64,000 nucleotides of DNA from IMG/VR virus record IMGVR_UViG_3300048849_000076, positions 1-64,000 of that record. One strand, 5' to 3'. Below the pieces are notes generated by a model that was not told the DNA's origin, ran no database searches, and worked only from the letters and a program-made list of their open reading frames with translations. This DNA is from a virus. How positions within the stretch are numbered: position 1 is the first letter of the stretch; the number at the start of each line of letters is the position of its first letter. This document shows positions 18,020 through 27,665 of this stretch, piece after piece. A program made the position numbers and the translations under genes.

Positions 18020-18262
18020 TCAGGCTCCGCTAAGGAAAGGCCTGAAACCCTGCTGGACGCACTCGAAACGCCAGCTGTTCAGCTGCTCTGGGTCGAGACC
18101 CTTCGCCTTCATCTTGGCGATGATCTCAGGGTTCTGCCGCATCAGGTTGACCTTCAGCGTCTGCTCGGCAGCTCGCCGCTTGCACTCGTCCATGTCGTAA
18201 GGGAGCGGACCCCAGGTGGCGCCAATGAACTGGCCGACGTAGAGAATGAGCCAGAGTTTCAA
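18020..18262 (-). CDS. hypothetical protein
   Basis: ATGA overlap with the MazG-like stop. 80 aa with a hydrophobic N-terminus. Confidence 0.6.
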   Translation of the reverse strand: MKLWLILYVGQFIGATWGPLPYDMDECKRRAAEQTLKVNLMRQNPEIIAKMKAKGLDPEQLNSWRFECVQQGFRPFLSGA

Positions 18263-18834
18263 TGGACCGTCTCCTGCGTTCCGAGGGCACCTGTGGACGA
18301 CATCGGCAGCTTGCGGTGTGCAGAGAACTGCAGGACATTTGCCTCTCCTTCCAGATCCCGGTTCACCGCAGCGTCCGTGGTGAACTTGTCCGGATAGCGC
18401 TTGGCCAGCTTGGCGATGTTCGCCGTGAATACCTCGTCGAAGGTGATGCCATAGTGGCGGAACAGCAGCGCCATGTACCAGAGGGTGTCGCCTGCTTCGT
18501 CGATAACCTTGAGCCGCTTCTGCTCCTCGGACAGGTTATCGTCGAAGACAGCCTCAGTGATCTCGCTCACCTCCCCTTCCATGCCAAGCACGGCATGGAT
18601 CACGTCTACAGGGTCCATGTATGGGAGGCCGAAGTCGTTGCGAGCTTCGCCCGTGTAGCTGCCCAGGCGGTCGGTTTTGTTGTAGAAGAGACCACGCTTG
18701 CAGCCATCAATCAGCTGAGCGGTCTGCTTGCGTCCGGCGAGCAGGATGCCGAGGAAGAGCGGGTTGACGTTCTCAGGGAAGAACACGTCAGCGCACGAGC
18801 GGTCGAACTGGGTCTGATAAGTCTTAGCGTCCAT
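18259..18834 (-). CDS. MazG-like all-alpha nucleoside triphosphate pyrophosphohydrolase
   Basis: EAGDTLWYMALL and NIAKLAKRYP blocks typical of the MazG/NTP-PPase fold. Confidence 0.7.
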   Translation of the reverse strand: MDAKTYQTQFDRSCADVFFPENVNPLFLGILLAGRKQTAQLIDGCKRGLFYNKTDRLGSYTGEARNDFGLPYMDPVDVIHAVLGMEGEVSEITEAVFDDNLSEEQKRLKVIDEAGDTLWYMALLFRHYGITFDEVFTANIAKLAKRYPDKFTTDAAVNRDLEGEANVLQFSAHRKLPMSSTGALGTQETVH

Positions 18835-18845
18835 AGTGGAGATCC

Positions 18846-19499
18846 TTAGTGACGGGTCAGCTTCGCGAAGCTCGAGACGAGCTCAGCGCGATGGAATGAT
18901 GGAAAGCGAAAGGGCAGCTTGACCCAGTCGTCCGTGGTGATGTCGGGTTCAGGTTCCGGCGCGGGTGCTGCAGCTGGCTCGGACTCGTCGTCCTTCTGGA
19001 TCTCGACCCAGCGAGCCAGTTCCCAGGCGGCTTCACGGAGGGTGTCCATGTTGCCCCCGTCGCGGAAGCGAAGCAGAGCATCGAGCACTCGGATCAGGCT
19101 CGGATACGTCGGCTGCTCCTGCATCGGAGGTGCGAAGAACACGCGATGACGGTCATCATCGCCATTGGCCGTGTGATGGAACTCGAGCAGGAACGCGATA
19201 TTGCAGCCAAGGTGGCCGGCTTCCGACAGGTTGGACTCCGGGTCAACGCGCCGTCCGTCGATCATGTAGATCAGATGCCGCAGGGCGCTGTTCAGGACGG
19301 ACGACCAGGAGCCACCCTTTCGCCAGTTGTGGGCGGAATACTTCTCGGCGCCGAAGGCCAATACCTGGCCAACCTGCCAGATCAGCTTGGTCGGAACAGG
19401 AATGCTGTTCTCGAACGCCTGGTTGAAGATGGCCTCGAAGAAGGTCGAGGGCACGAGTGAAAGCGGGGCCTTCCCCGCGTTGTAACGAAGCATGGCCAT
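18846..19499 (-). CDS. dATP/dGTP diphosphohydrolase-like (DUF5664-type) protein
   Basis: GAEKYSAHNWRKG and DPESNLSEAGHLGCNIAFLLEF match my recollection of the DUF5664 N-terminal domain. Confidence 0.65.
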   Translation of the reverse strand: MAMLRYNAGKAPLSLVPSTFFEAIFNQAFENSIPVPTKLIWQVGQVLAFGAEKYSAHNWRKGGSWSSVLNSALRHLIYMIDGRRVDPESNLSEAGHLGCNIAFLLEFHHTANGDDDRHRVFFAPPMQEQPTYPSLIRVLDALLRFRDGGNMDTLREAAWELARWVEIQKDDESEPAAAPAPEPEPDITTDDWVKLPFRFPSFHRAELVSSFAKLTRH

Positions 19500-20014
19500 T
19501 AGATCAGTCCCAGGAATTTGAAGGCGTTGAGGAGCTTGGTTTCCGCGGTCTTCCAGTCCCAGCCCTCGATCTTGATGCCGAGAGGGGTCGCGCCTTCAAG
19601 GATGAAGGGCTCGTCGAACAGCTGGGCCATTTCGTCGGCGCAGATGTTGAAGTCGTAGCTCGCGATCGCGGCCATGTTCTCCCATGGCTCGTCGAACTGG
19701 CGGAAGATCCACTGCTGGACCGTCTTCTCGAAGTCGACGTATTCCGGCAGGCGCTGCTTGAACGGACGCGGAAGATCGTTCGTCAGACCTTCATTGAGGT
19801 CGTGCAGAGCTACGGCCCGCTTCAGCGGAAACGGGACAGCGTTGATCAGGTGAACCGTGTGCTCCGCGACGGAGTAGAAGCGGTTGCACTGGCCGGTGTA
19901 CCGGCAGAGTTTGGCCAAGGGCTTGATGAGAGTGACGGGGTCAATCTGCACCGAGTCCAGGTTGAAGGGGTCGACCAGCGCCCCTGAGTTGATCAGGATA
20001 GCACTGGACATCAT
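19499..20014 (-). CDS. HD-domain phosphohydrolase (5'-deoxynucleotidase/dNTPase-like)
   Basis: SVAEH...ALHDLNEGLTNDLP gives the H..HD..E..D metal-ligand series. ATGA overlap with the upstream gene at 20014/20011. Confidence 0.7.
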   Translation of the reverse strand: MMSSAILINSGALVDPFNLDSVQIDPVTLIKPLAKLCRYTGQCNRFYSVAEHTVHLINAVPFPLKRAVALHDLNEGLTNDLPRPFKQRLPEYVDFEKTVQQWIFRQFDEPWENMAAIASYDFNICADEMAQLFDEPFILEGATPLGIKIEGWDWKTAETKLLNAFKFLGLI

Positions 20015-20424
20015 GCGAAGTCCGTGAGGGAGGAGAAGAACCGACGCTTTTGGGTCGGATGCAGACGAGGGATCAGGTACTGGACGACCCAACCGTTATC
20101 CGAGGTCTGGAACATTTCGTGGGTGCCGGCGTCGAACTTCTGACGAGCGTCAGCGATAGCCGCGGCGAACTGTGAAGACCATGAGCCACCTTGGCGCTTG
20201 ACGGCAATCACATTGTGTTCGAAGCCTGGGCGACCCAAGGCAGAAATGTTTTCCGGAACAGGTCCGGTGGCAGGATGAACGCCAGTAGCCCGAGCCTGGG
20301 AGGCAAAGCGCTGCTGGCGTTCCTTCAGTGCATGGTAGTTGAGGCCAAGGGCGTGGGCAACCTTTGAGATGTTGCCATGTGTGCGCTTGAGTTCTTCCTC
20401 AATCAGCGTGGATAAGTTGCTCAA
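20011..20424 (-). CDS. Fis-type helix-turn-helix protein
   Basis: N-terminal GNISKVAHALGLNYHALKERQ resembles HTH_8/Fis-type motifs. Confidence 0.55.
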   Translation of the reverse strand: MSNLSTLIEEELKRTHGNISKVAHALGLNYHALKERQQRFASQARATGVHPATGPVPENISALGRPGFEHNVIAVKRQGGSWSSQFAAAIADARQKFDAGTHEMFQTSDNGWVVQYLIPRLHPTQKRRFFSSLTDFA

Positions 20425-22456
20425 TGTTTTCTCCTACAGCGATGTAATAATCCGCTGCAGGGAACTTATGAGACACGAGCAGAAGCTGCGAGATCCTACC
20501 TTTGAGAGTATAGAGTACTTCGGAGGTTTTCGAGGCTCTGTCTTTATCCATGGAGGCGTCTATCTCATCACCCATGAAGAGCGAGAAGACATTGTTAGTC
20601 AGAACCTGACCCAGAGCCAGGCGGAGCGCGAGATTTGCTACTGCACCGCCCGAGCCTGAGAGGGTGTCAATCTCCTGGTTATCGACCAAGATGTTGAACT
20701 CCTCATCGACCGAGATGTTCTGACGCTGCCCGCCGGTCATCGCGGCGATCAGTTGGCTTGCTACGCGGTTCAGGCTCGGAACCAGGTGCTGCTTGATCTT
20801 CAGGCGCAGGATCTTCAGGGCATCCTTCACCTTGTTCCAGTCGTCGGCGTCCACGCGGTAGCCAGCGACCTTGATGAGACCTTCATTGTATCGACCAAAC
20901 GCCACGGAATAGGCGAGCATCTGGTTCTCGTAGAGGTTCGCTTCCCTGATCCTGCGAACCAGGTCGTCATAACCCACCAGCTGCGTCTGCAGGAGGTCGA
21001 GCTGGATCTGCTTGTCATCCCGCTCGACGAGCCAAGCCTCGTACTCCGCTACCTTGTCGGCATAGACGCCCATCTGTGCCTCATAAGCCTGCACCTCACG
21101 GAGCATCGTGACATAATCGGTAGTGTCGACCACGATCGCTGCGATCTGAGCCTGAAGCTCGGCCCGACGTGCCCTGCCCTCGAGTCCGTGGCGGTGACGG
21201 ATACGGTCCTGAACCGTCCACTGGTAATCGACAGGCTCGGTCGGAGCATCGGCATGCTTTGCCCATTCCTCCTCGCTCCAACCATCCAGCAGACGCTGTT
21301 GGCGATCGAGCTCGGCCTCAGTGGTCGAAGGCTTGTCCTCGAGAAGGACATTGTCTGTGGCAAACCGGAGGATCTCCTCGGCCAGGGTATCGACCACCTC
21401 CCCCGCAACCGGCCACTGGTGGCTGCAGCTGGGGCAGATGTGTTCACCCTTGGACAGTAGGTCGTTGCGCTGCTTGACCATGTGCTGGTACCGGCCCCAG
21501 TTTTGGTGGGCCTGCCAAGCCTTGCGGATGGTGGTGATCTGCTCCTGGTTCAGATCGGGAGGTGGAGTCTGACTCAGGAACTTCTTCCGAGCCAGGTACC
21601 GCTCATTCTCGGCCTGGCGCCGCTCATCCTCCTCGATCTCCTCGAGCGTAACGTTTGCGGCCGGTGGGATGCGATCAAGCTCGTTCTGTAGCGTCTGGAG
21701 CTTGATCCGTGTTTCCGTCTGGGCATCGATCAGACTCTGCAGGGTCGCAGCGTCAAAGGTGTGCTTCCTGACCGGCTCTTCGGGCTTTGGCTTTACGTTC
21801 GCCAGCCAGCCACGCAGCTGGTCGGCCTGGGACCGAACCTGATCCAGAGCCTGCTTCTGCTCCTCGAGGTTACCCGAGTTCTCGTAGCCGTCCGGTTCCT
21901 TTGGTTCGACCGGTTCGTGAAGATTGGCAGAGAGATCATCAGCTGCCCGCTTCAGAGCCAGAGCCTCATCACCGGCGAACTTCGCCAGGTCGTCGAGGAC
22001 CGAGACACCAATCACACTGTCGACCGCACGCTGGCGTTCCGCCGGCCTCATCTCACCCAGCTTCAGCAGCTGGTTCTGGTTCGCGACACAGGTCATGTCG
22101 AAGACGGCCATGCCGAAACCCAGCTCGGCCGGGATCTTCTGGTTTACCGGTGTTGTGCCAACAGCGACCGGGGCGCCGTCCTTGTAGAGCGTGGCCTTGT
22201 TTGCCGTCCGCTCGACGAGATAATCCGATCCCTTCATGACCCAGCTCAGCGATGCCTTCAGGCCACTGTAGCTGTCGGCCTTGCCTCGCAGAGCGGCCGA
22301 TCCAAACAGGCAGAAGCGGATCATCTCGAGGATCATCGACTTGCCGCTTTCGTTCGGACCCACAATAGCACCGAAGCCGCCCTGAAACAGGACGGCTTCG
22401 GAAAGGGTGCGACCGGTCTTGGTGAAGGTGACCGAGTAATCAAGTTGCTTCAGCAT
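20399..22456 (-). CDS. SbcC/Rad50-like recombination ATPase
   Basis: Walker A GPNESGKSM, long coiled-coil middle with CPSC zinc hook, signature LSGSGGAVANLALRL, Walker B LFMGDEIDA. Confidence 0.9.
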   Translation of the reverse strand: MLKQLDYSVTFTKTGRTLSEAVLFQGGFGAIVGPNESGKSMILEMIRFCLFGSAALRGKADSYSGLKASLSWVMKGSDYLVERTANKATLYKDGAPVAVGTTPVNQKIPAELGFGMAVFDMTCVANQNQLLKLGEMRPAERQRAVDSVIGVSVLDDLAKFAGDEALALKRAADDLSANLHEPVEPKEPDGYENSGNLEEQKQALDQVRSQADQLRGWLANVKPKPEEPVRKHTFDAATLQSLIDAQTETRIKLQTLQNELDRIPPAANVTLEEIEEDERRQAENERYLARKKFLSQTPPPDLNQEQITTIRKAWQAHQNWGRYQHMVKQRNDLLSKGEHICPSCSHQWPVAGEVVDTLAEEILRFATDNVLLEDKPSTTEAELDRQQRLLDGWSEEEWAKHADAPTEPVDYQWTVQDRIRHRHGLEGRARRAELQAQIAAIVVDTTDYVTMLREVQAYEAQMGVYADKVAEYEAWLVERDDKQIQLDLLQTQLVGYDDLVRRIREANLYENQMLAYSVAFGRYNEGLIKVAGYRVDADDWNKVKDALKILRLKIKQHLVPSLNRVASQLIAAMTGGQRQNISVDEEFNILVDNQEIDTLSGSGGAVANLALRLALGQVLTNNVFSLFMGDEIDASMDKDRASKTSEVLYTLKGRISQLLLVSHKFPAADYYIAVGENIEQLIHAD

Positions 22457-22700
22457 AGTGGTTCCAATCTGTGAGAAGGCCGGCAGCGACCGCTTTCCCA
22501 GCAGCACTGCGAAGATGGGGGAGGAATGCAGGCTGCACCGTGATGCGCCGCAGCTGGTCGAAGTCGGCCAGGGATTTATCCAGAGCCGTCTTCAGCGCTC
22601 GAATGAGCGTGGCCTCGTTGTGATTAAGGTCAGGAGTGGTGAGCCAGGTGTCGAGCACCCAGTGGTATTCCGCTTCCGTGCGGTCCAGATCCTTAAACAC
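22440..22700 (-). CDS. possible small ORF between the SbcD-like and SbcC-like genes
   Basis: GTG 22700 overlaps the SbcD-like stop. 86 codons fill the otherwise empty gap. GC3-rich in the first half. No ATG, weak SD. Confidence 0.3.
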   Translation of the reverse strand: MFKDLDRTEAEYHWVLDTWLTTPDLNHNEATLIRALKTALDKSLADFDQLRRITVQPAFLPHLRSAAGKAVAAGLLTDWNHYAEAT

Positions 22701-23622
22701 CGGCTGCGGCCCGCTTTGCCTGATACTGTCCCAGAACAGCTTCAGTCCGCTCAGCAGAGACTCCAGCTTCCGCAAAGGCCTCTGCAAAGAGCTTGTCCAT
22801 ATCGAAGTCACCAAGGGTAACCTGCTCGAGCTGGCCATCATCGGTGGTCTTCTCCTGTTTGTAGGTGATCTGGAGGCAGTCGATGTCGCCATCGAAGTGG
22901 CCGAGGATGCGGACGCACTTGTTCCGCAGGTCGCCAGCGGTCGGAATGTCTTCCGGATGAAGCGTGATGTAGAGGCTATCGTCAGGCTCCTCGCCGTGGG
23001 CATAGGGCTGCAGCGAGCCTACGATGACTACCTCAGTGCCATCACGGGTAAACCGATCACGCTTGTGGACGTGGCCAGTGTAGATCCGATCGAAATCAAG
23101 CTTGGTCGGGACCATGTTGTGGTCGCCAAACTCGGTATCGAAGTGTCCGAACAGGATCTTCGCGTTGGAGGCTGCGAGCTTCTCCTTGGCGTCCCAGAGT
23201 GGGTGCCAAGGGTAGAGGACGAGGCCACTGACCTCCATCATGTCCTTCACGATGGTGATATTCTCGACGTCGGCCACCAGGGCTGCGAAGACGTCGAACG
23301 CTGATCGACGCTCGAGATCTCGGGTCCAATCGTGGTTGCCCTTGAGGATGAAGAACTGGCAGCGGTGGGTCATTGCCGCTTTGCGGTAGGCATCCGCGAC
23401 ATTCAAGATCAGATCGAAGGACACGATCCATTTGTCAAAAAGGTCGCCAAGGCAGATGTGCAGATCACAATCAGCTGCACGATCAAGAGCCCTCTGAAAA
23501 TCCTGCCAAACAAGGCGCTCCCGTTCTCCCCGGCGATGGAGAGGAGTCCCGTTAAGAAAAGAACGACCCAGATGAGGGTCTCCAAGTGCGAAGATCCGCA
23601 GACCATTTTCAATGATTTCCAT
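22693..23622 (-). CDS. SbcD/Mre11-like nuclease
   Basis: Phosphoesterase motifs GDPHLG, GDLFD, GNHD, GHFD and GHVH. Confidence 0.9.
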   Translation of the reverse strand: MEIIENGLRIFALGDPHLGRSFLNGTPLHRRGERERLVWQDFQRALDRAADCDLHICLGDLFDKWIVSFDLILNVADAYRKAAMTHRCQFFILKGNHDWTRDLERRSAFDVFAALVADVENITIVKDMMEVSGLVLYPWHPLWDAKEKLAASNAKILFGHFDTEFGDHNMVPTKLDFDRIYTGHVHKRDRFTRDGTEVVIVGSLQPYAHGEEPDDSLYITLHPEDIPTAGDLRNKCVRILGHFDGDIDCLQITYKQEKTTDDGQLEQVTLGDFDMDKLFAEAFAEAGVSAERTEAVLGQYQAKRAAAGV

Positions 23623-24178
23623 ACTTGTCCATTGCCTCGAATACCTGGTTGATCTGGTTCAGCACGTCGAACAGCGCGTTGTGGGCATCGCCACCGAGGG
23701 ATGCGACGTAGTGGCTTTCGACGGTTGGATCTTTGGCGAGGCCGCGAATGAATGAGTTCATGTCCACGGCCCAGCGGTAGTGGAAGGGGTTCTCGAGATC
23801 GTACTGGCGCAGGTAGCTGGCGACGAAGTTGAAGTCGAACGTGACCGGCTTTGCCCAGAAGCGAACCGGACCCGGGTTCTGGAAGCCAACCCATTCGATG
23901 AAGGCCTTCATGACCACCTGGGGATCTTCCGCACGCTGCTGGATCTGATTGTAGACCTTCGGGCGCTTGCCCCAGAAATTGGTGCGGCAGCTCTCCTCGA
24001 AATACCGGTTCTTCGGCATCCGCAGGCAACGATCGAACATCTCGGGATAGGGTTGGACCGAGCGGGTGTTGAGATCGAACCGAACAGCCGACAGCTGGAT
24101 CATGGCGTTACTGTCAGGATCAGTGCCGGTCGTTTCGCAGTCGACCATTATGTCAAGGAAATGTGGGGTGGCTTCCAT
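23609..24178 (-). CDS. DEDDh 3'-5' exonuclease
   Basis: ATG 24178 with GGAG SD. MVDCETTG (Exo I) and HNALFD (Exo III) motifs. Confidence 0.8.
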   Translation of the reverse strand: MEATPHFLDIMVDCETTGTDPDSNAMIQLSAVRFDLNTRSVQPYPEMFDRCLRMPKNRYFEESCRTNFWGKRPKVYNQIQQRAEDPQVVMKAFIEWVGFQNPGPVRFWAKPVTFDFNFVASYLRQYDLENPFHYRWAVDMNSFIRGLAKDPTVESHYVASLGGDAHNALFDVLNQINQVFEAMDKYGNH

Positions 24179-24606
24179 TTGAGTGTCTCCAATTCGGACC
24201 ATGTGATTGAGGAGCGCCCAGCATCCTTCACGGCCTGGATCACCGCATAGGGAATGCGGTACCAAGTGTTGTTCGTGAGGCTGTGGACGAAAACGAGATA
24301 GCCGCCGCCCGCGGCGAGAACCTGCGGGGCAGCGGCTTGCTGGCCCTTCTTCAGAAGGGCGAAGGGGAAGGATGTCTTCTCCTGAGTGGACTTCACTTCG
24401 GCATAGAATGTCTCGCCGCCGAAGGTGACGATGTAGTCCGAAGGGGTGGCACGGGTCATGCCGATTTTGCCAACGCGGCCATATGTTTCGGCCGCATCAG
24501 CGATGCGATAGCAAAAGGCTCGTTTCCCGAGCACTTGCCAGACATTCTCGAAGAATGTTTCAGAGGGTTTTCCGGTGTTCTTTGCCATGAGTGTTACATG
24601 GCTCAA
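24148..24606 (-). CDS. PD-(D/E)XK nuclease, possible Holliday-junction resolvase
   Basis: PSDYIV...FYAEVKS fits D...ExK. Recombination-gene neighbourhood. Confidence 0.55.
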   Translation of the reverse strand: MSHVTLMAKNTGKPSETFFENVWQVLGKRAFCYRIADAAETYGRVGKIGMTRATPSDYIVTFGGETFYAEVKSTQEKTSFPFALLKKGQQAAAPQVLAAGGGYLVFVHSLTNNTWYRIPYAVIQAVKDAGRSSITWSELETLKWKPPHISLT

Positions 24607-24638
24607 ACACCTGAGTGTTTTCTAGGTCCGAAAGCTGA

Positions 24639-24653
24639 GAGTATAGGTTACTT
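24639..24653. promoter_or_regulatory. 15-bp palindromic motif copy (degenerate)
   Basis: GAGTATAGGTTACTT in the 46-bp gap between thyA and the nuclease gene. 13/15 identical to the copy at 57439. Confidence 0.4.
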
Positions 24654-25629
24654 AGACTGAAACATCGGCCTTGATGGCAGGGTGGGGCCAGTAGTCATTG
24701 ACCATAACATCTGCCGGTTCAAATTCGAAGATCGACTTCTGGCCGGCCCTCGTCAGATCCAGGCTTGGCAATGCCTTAGGCTCGCGAGTCAGCTGCTCCT
24801 TCGCCTGCTCAACATGGTTCGCGTAGAGGTGCAGATCCCCGAACGTGTGGACGAAGTCGCCAACTTCGAGACCACACTCGCGAGCCACGAGGTGGGTCAG
24901 CAAAGCATATGATGCGAGGTTATATGGGACGCCCAAAAACCAATCTGCGCTCCTCTGGTAGAGTTGGCAGCTGAGCTTGCCGTTGGCGACATGGAACTGG
25001 AACATCGTGTGGCACGGCGGGAGAGCCATGTCTTCGATTTCGGCGGGGTTCCAGGCTGAGATGATGTGCCGGCGACCATGGGGGTCTTTCTTGATCGCAT
25101 TGATCACGTTGAGCAGCTGGTCGATTGCTTTCCAACCTTCATGGTTGTCGAAGAACTCCCAGGAACGCCACTGCTTGCCATAGACTGGTCCCAGGTCGCC
25201 GCTGGTGTCGGCCCACTCGTCCCAGATGGTGACGCCGTGGTCGTTCAGGAACTTGATGTTCGTATCGCCAGCAATGAACCACAGGAGCTCGACAAGGATG
25301 CCCTTGAAGTGAACCTTCTTCGTGGTCAGCAGCGGGAAACCATCTGCCAGATTGAAGCGGAGCTGCTCCCCGAACAAACCGTAGGTTCCACCATTGCGGC
25401 CGTCTCGGTAGACCCCATCCTTCAGCAGGCGAGCCAGCACTTTCAGGTACTGGTGGTCGGCCATGTTGCCGACCAGGCGCAGGTTCTTCTCGTTGTAGAT
25501 GTGTAGGGCACCGCGATCGTCCTCGACGACGATACGTGGTTGGCCATCCTGTTTCAGAAAGACGGAGTCGATGACACCGTCAAATTCATAGTCGCCGGTC
25601 ACCTTGGTAACGAGGTCGCCTTTTTTCAT
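24652..25629 (-). CDS. thyA: thymidylate synthase with ~55-aa N-terminal extension
   Basis: The core from [10 protein letters not shown] aligns with E. coli ThyA blocks ([54 protein letters not shown]). ATG 25629 forms an ATGA overlap with the upstream stop. Confidence 0.93.
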   Translation of the reverse strand: MKKGDLVTKVTGDYEFDGVIDSVFLKQDGQPRIVVEDDRGALHIYNEKNLRLVGNMADHQYLKVLARLLKDGVYRDGRNGGTYGLFGEQLRFNLADGFPLLTTKKVHFKGILVELLWFIAGDTNIKFLNDHGVTIWDEWADTSGDLGPVYGKQWRSWEFFDNHEGWKAIDQLLNVINAIKKDPHGRRHIISAWNPAEIEDMALPPCHTMFQFHVANGKLSCQLYQRSADWFLGVPYNLASYALLTHLVARECGLEVGDFVHTFGDLHLYANHVEQAKEQLTREPKALPSLDLTRAGQKSIFEFEPADVMVNDYWPHPAIKADVSV

Positions 25630-25886
25630 ATGCAGTGTTTCCTTATGCAGTTGATCATATCCATGACGAAGTTGATGTCGGACGGAACCCCGGTCCCATC
25701 CTGAAATTTGCGATAGCGAGGCCAGAAATGTTCGTTCAGCTCGTCGGCGCAAGCCTTGGCCTGGCGCTGGCCTTTGAACTCCCAGTTCTCCCGCTGACCG
25801 GCAATCTTCGTGCCGTTGATGGTGCGGCCCTTGCGAAGGCAGAGCCGCCACTTTCCATCAGTTTCTTGTCGGGCGCCGAAGGCCAT
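25626..25886 (-). CDS. hypothetical protein
   Basis: 86-aa ORF in the operon. Its stop overlaps the thyA start. Confidence 0.6.
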   Translation of the reverse strand: MAFGARQETDGKWRLCLRKGRTINGTKIAGQRENWEFKGQRQAKACADELNEHFWPRYRKFQDGTGVPSDINFVMDMINCIRKHCI

Positions 25887-26049
25887 TCTTCCCCTCCTCG
25901 AGGATGATCGAGTTAGCGATGATGGTTTTGCACTCGATCCTGTTCAAGAAGCAGGAGACAACGAATTCGTTGATCTCCTTCACGTCCGGCGACCACTCAA
26001 GGATCGCTGCAACCAGTTGGCGGTCGTAGTTCTCAGCTCCAGGGGTCAT
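25858..26049 (-). CDS. hypothetical protein
   Basis: ATGA overlap with the ligase stop. Confidence 0.5.
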   Translation of the reverse strand: MTPGAENYDRQLVAAILEWSPDVKEINEFVVSCFLNRIECKTIIANSIILEEGKNGLRRPTRN

Positions 26050-27122
26050 GCGTCGGGCCTATCGAAGTCGATCGCGATCGGGAAGCGCGGGACGCCATCT
26101 GGAGTCAGCTCGAAGAACTGGATCGTGGCGATCTTCACGTCACGGGTGAGCAGCTCCTTGCAGAAGCCCTGGTTGCCTTTGACGCCAGCGCCGAACTCGC
26201 GTCCGTCAGGTAAGGTGCAGACGGCCCGCTTCCCATAGCCGGCCCAGTTGCCGACACCTTCTTCGATCCGAGCGATCGGGAACTCCTGCGTCTGGAACTC
26301 CTTGAACTTCATCAAGGCCTTGGACCGCTTCTGGTGATATGGCTCATTGGCCTTACGAACCATTGCGCCCTCATACCCCCGCCGGATGCAGGCTTCGAAG
26401 AAGCTACGGACTTCCTGATGGCTGCTCACGGTGGCTGTGGGGACTACATGGATCGACCAGCCGAAGTCGACCATGCGATTGTGAAGATCCACATTACGAT
26501 CGAGCGCCGTTACGGCCAGGTTGTCACCATAAACCAAATCATAAACGTGAAACTCGATATCACGAGCAGCACGTTGAAGCTGTGCCGCATCAGGCTTCTG
26601 CTTCCGAATGATCGATGCCAATTCGTTGAAGTTGTCCTTGAGGTCATGATTGTAGAGCTCGCCATCCAGGATCGCATTCGGGAAGTTGCGGAAGAACGTC
26701 GCCAGTTGCTCGCTGATGTGCGGGCAGGAGGTGATAGGCTCACCCTTTCTGGACCGCAGACCGTCGACAGTTGCGATGCAGCGGATGCCATCTAGCTTGG
26801 CTTGAACCAAGTCACCCTCTTCCACCGACGCCGCGTCATACTTTTCCGCCAGCATTGGCGCGAAATACTTCGCTGTGGCCGTGCCCTCGATTGTGAGGTG
26901 GTAGTCCCGCTTCAGCTTTTTCTTCATCTCGGCATCAGCTTCGAAGATTGCCTGCTCCTCAGCGGTTGGCTGGCTCGCCGGCACACATTTGGTCGGCGCA
27001 CTGGTGACCTTGTTGCCGTCCTGCAGGCCGGCGATGGTCCACCAGCTGTCGCCTTCGACGACATACTGCCAGGTGCGGATCTTGCCCTTCGAGTCGAGCT
27101 TGTAGATTTCGGTTGATTTCAC
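26046..27122 (-). CDS. ATP-dependent DNA ligase
   Basis: Adenylation motif AKLDGIRC, with later EGAMVR and MKFK motifs. Confidence 0.9.
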   Translation of the reverse strand: MKSTEIYKLDSKGKIRTWQYVVEGDSWWTIAGLQDGNKVTSAPTKCVPASQPTAEEQAIFEADAEMKKKLKRDYHLTIEGTATAKYFAPMLAEKYDAASVEEGDLVQAKLDGIRCIATVDGLRSRKGEPITSCPHISEQLATFFRNFPNAILDGELYNHDLKDNFNELASIIRKQKPDAAQLQRAARDIEFHVYDLVYGDNLAVTALDRNVDLHNRMVDFGWSIHVVPTATVSSHQEVRSFFEACIRRGYEGAMVRKANEPYHQKRSKALMKFKEFQTQEFPIARIEEGVGNWAGYGKRAVCTLPDGREFGAGVKGNQGFCKELLTRDVKIATIQFFELTPDGVPRFPIAIDFDRPDA

Positions 27123-27622
27123 GATTGGATCTCCAGTCTGATTTTGATGTTCTTGATGTCTTCGTCATAGGGGCCGTCATCAAGCAGATGATCCAGCTCC
27201 GCGAGACGCGAGATGGCATGGCTCTCCTCGCGCCGACGTCCGTTGAGGAGGTTGAACCGAACTCGGGCGATGAACTTCGGCTTCTCGAGATCGAAGGGAG
27301 GATCAGGTTCCGGCTCAGGTGCTCGGGACATTGCCTCAAGTACCTCTGGCTCGAGCCTCGGCCGCACGGTTAGCTTCTCTGTGAGCGTCCGGAGCCAGTG
27401 GGTACGCCGGCACTGATTGTTTCCGCCTTCCAGGTACTCAACGATCGACTCCATGGCGCCGCGGTCGAGCTGCAGAGTCAGTTGCTCCGAAATGTAGACG
27501 ACACTGAACTGGTCGTACTGCTGGAACTGGTGGACGGATCGGAACGATTGCAGGATTGCAATGAGTTGGTCGGCGGTAAGCGGACCATTCACGGGTGTAG
27601 CTACGAGAATGTGAGCTCGCAT
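27119..27622 (-). CDS. hypothetical protein
   Basis: ATG 27622 with AAGGA SD, downstream of the polymerase stop. ATGA overlap with the ligase start. Confidence 0.6.
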   Translation of the reverse strand: MRAHILVATPVNGPLTADQLIAILQSFRSVHQFQQYDQFSVVYISEQLTLQLDRGAMESIVEYLEGGNNQCRRTHWLRTLTEKLTVRPRLEPEVLEAMSRAPEPEPDPPFDLEKPKFIARVRFNLLNGRRREESHAISRLAELDHLLDDGPYDEDIKNIKIRLEIQS

Positions 27623-27665
27623 GACATGTCCTTGGATTGTTGAGGGGAAAGGAAAGTCTCGCCGC

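Noticed and set aside
24652-25851. 399-aa version of thyA
   Set aside because: The first 74 codons overlap the upstream gene 25626-25886 in another frame and look non-protein-like. ATG 25629 forms an ATGA coupling.
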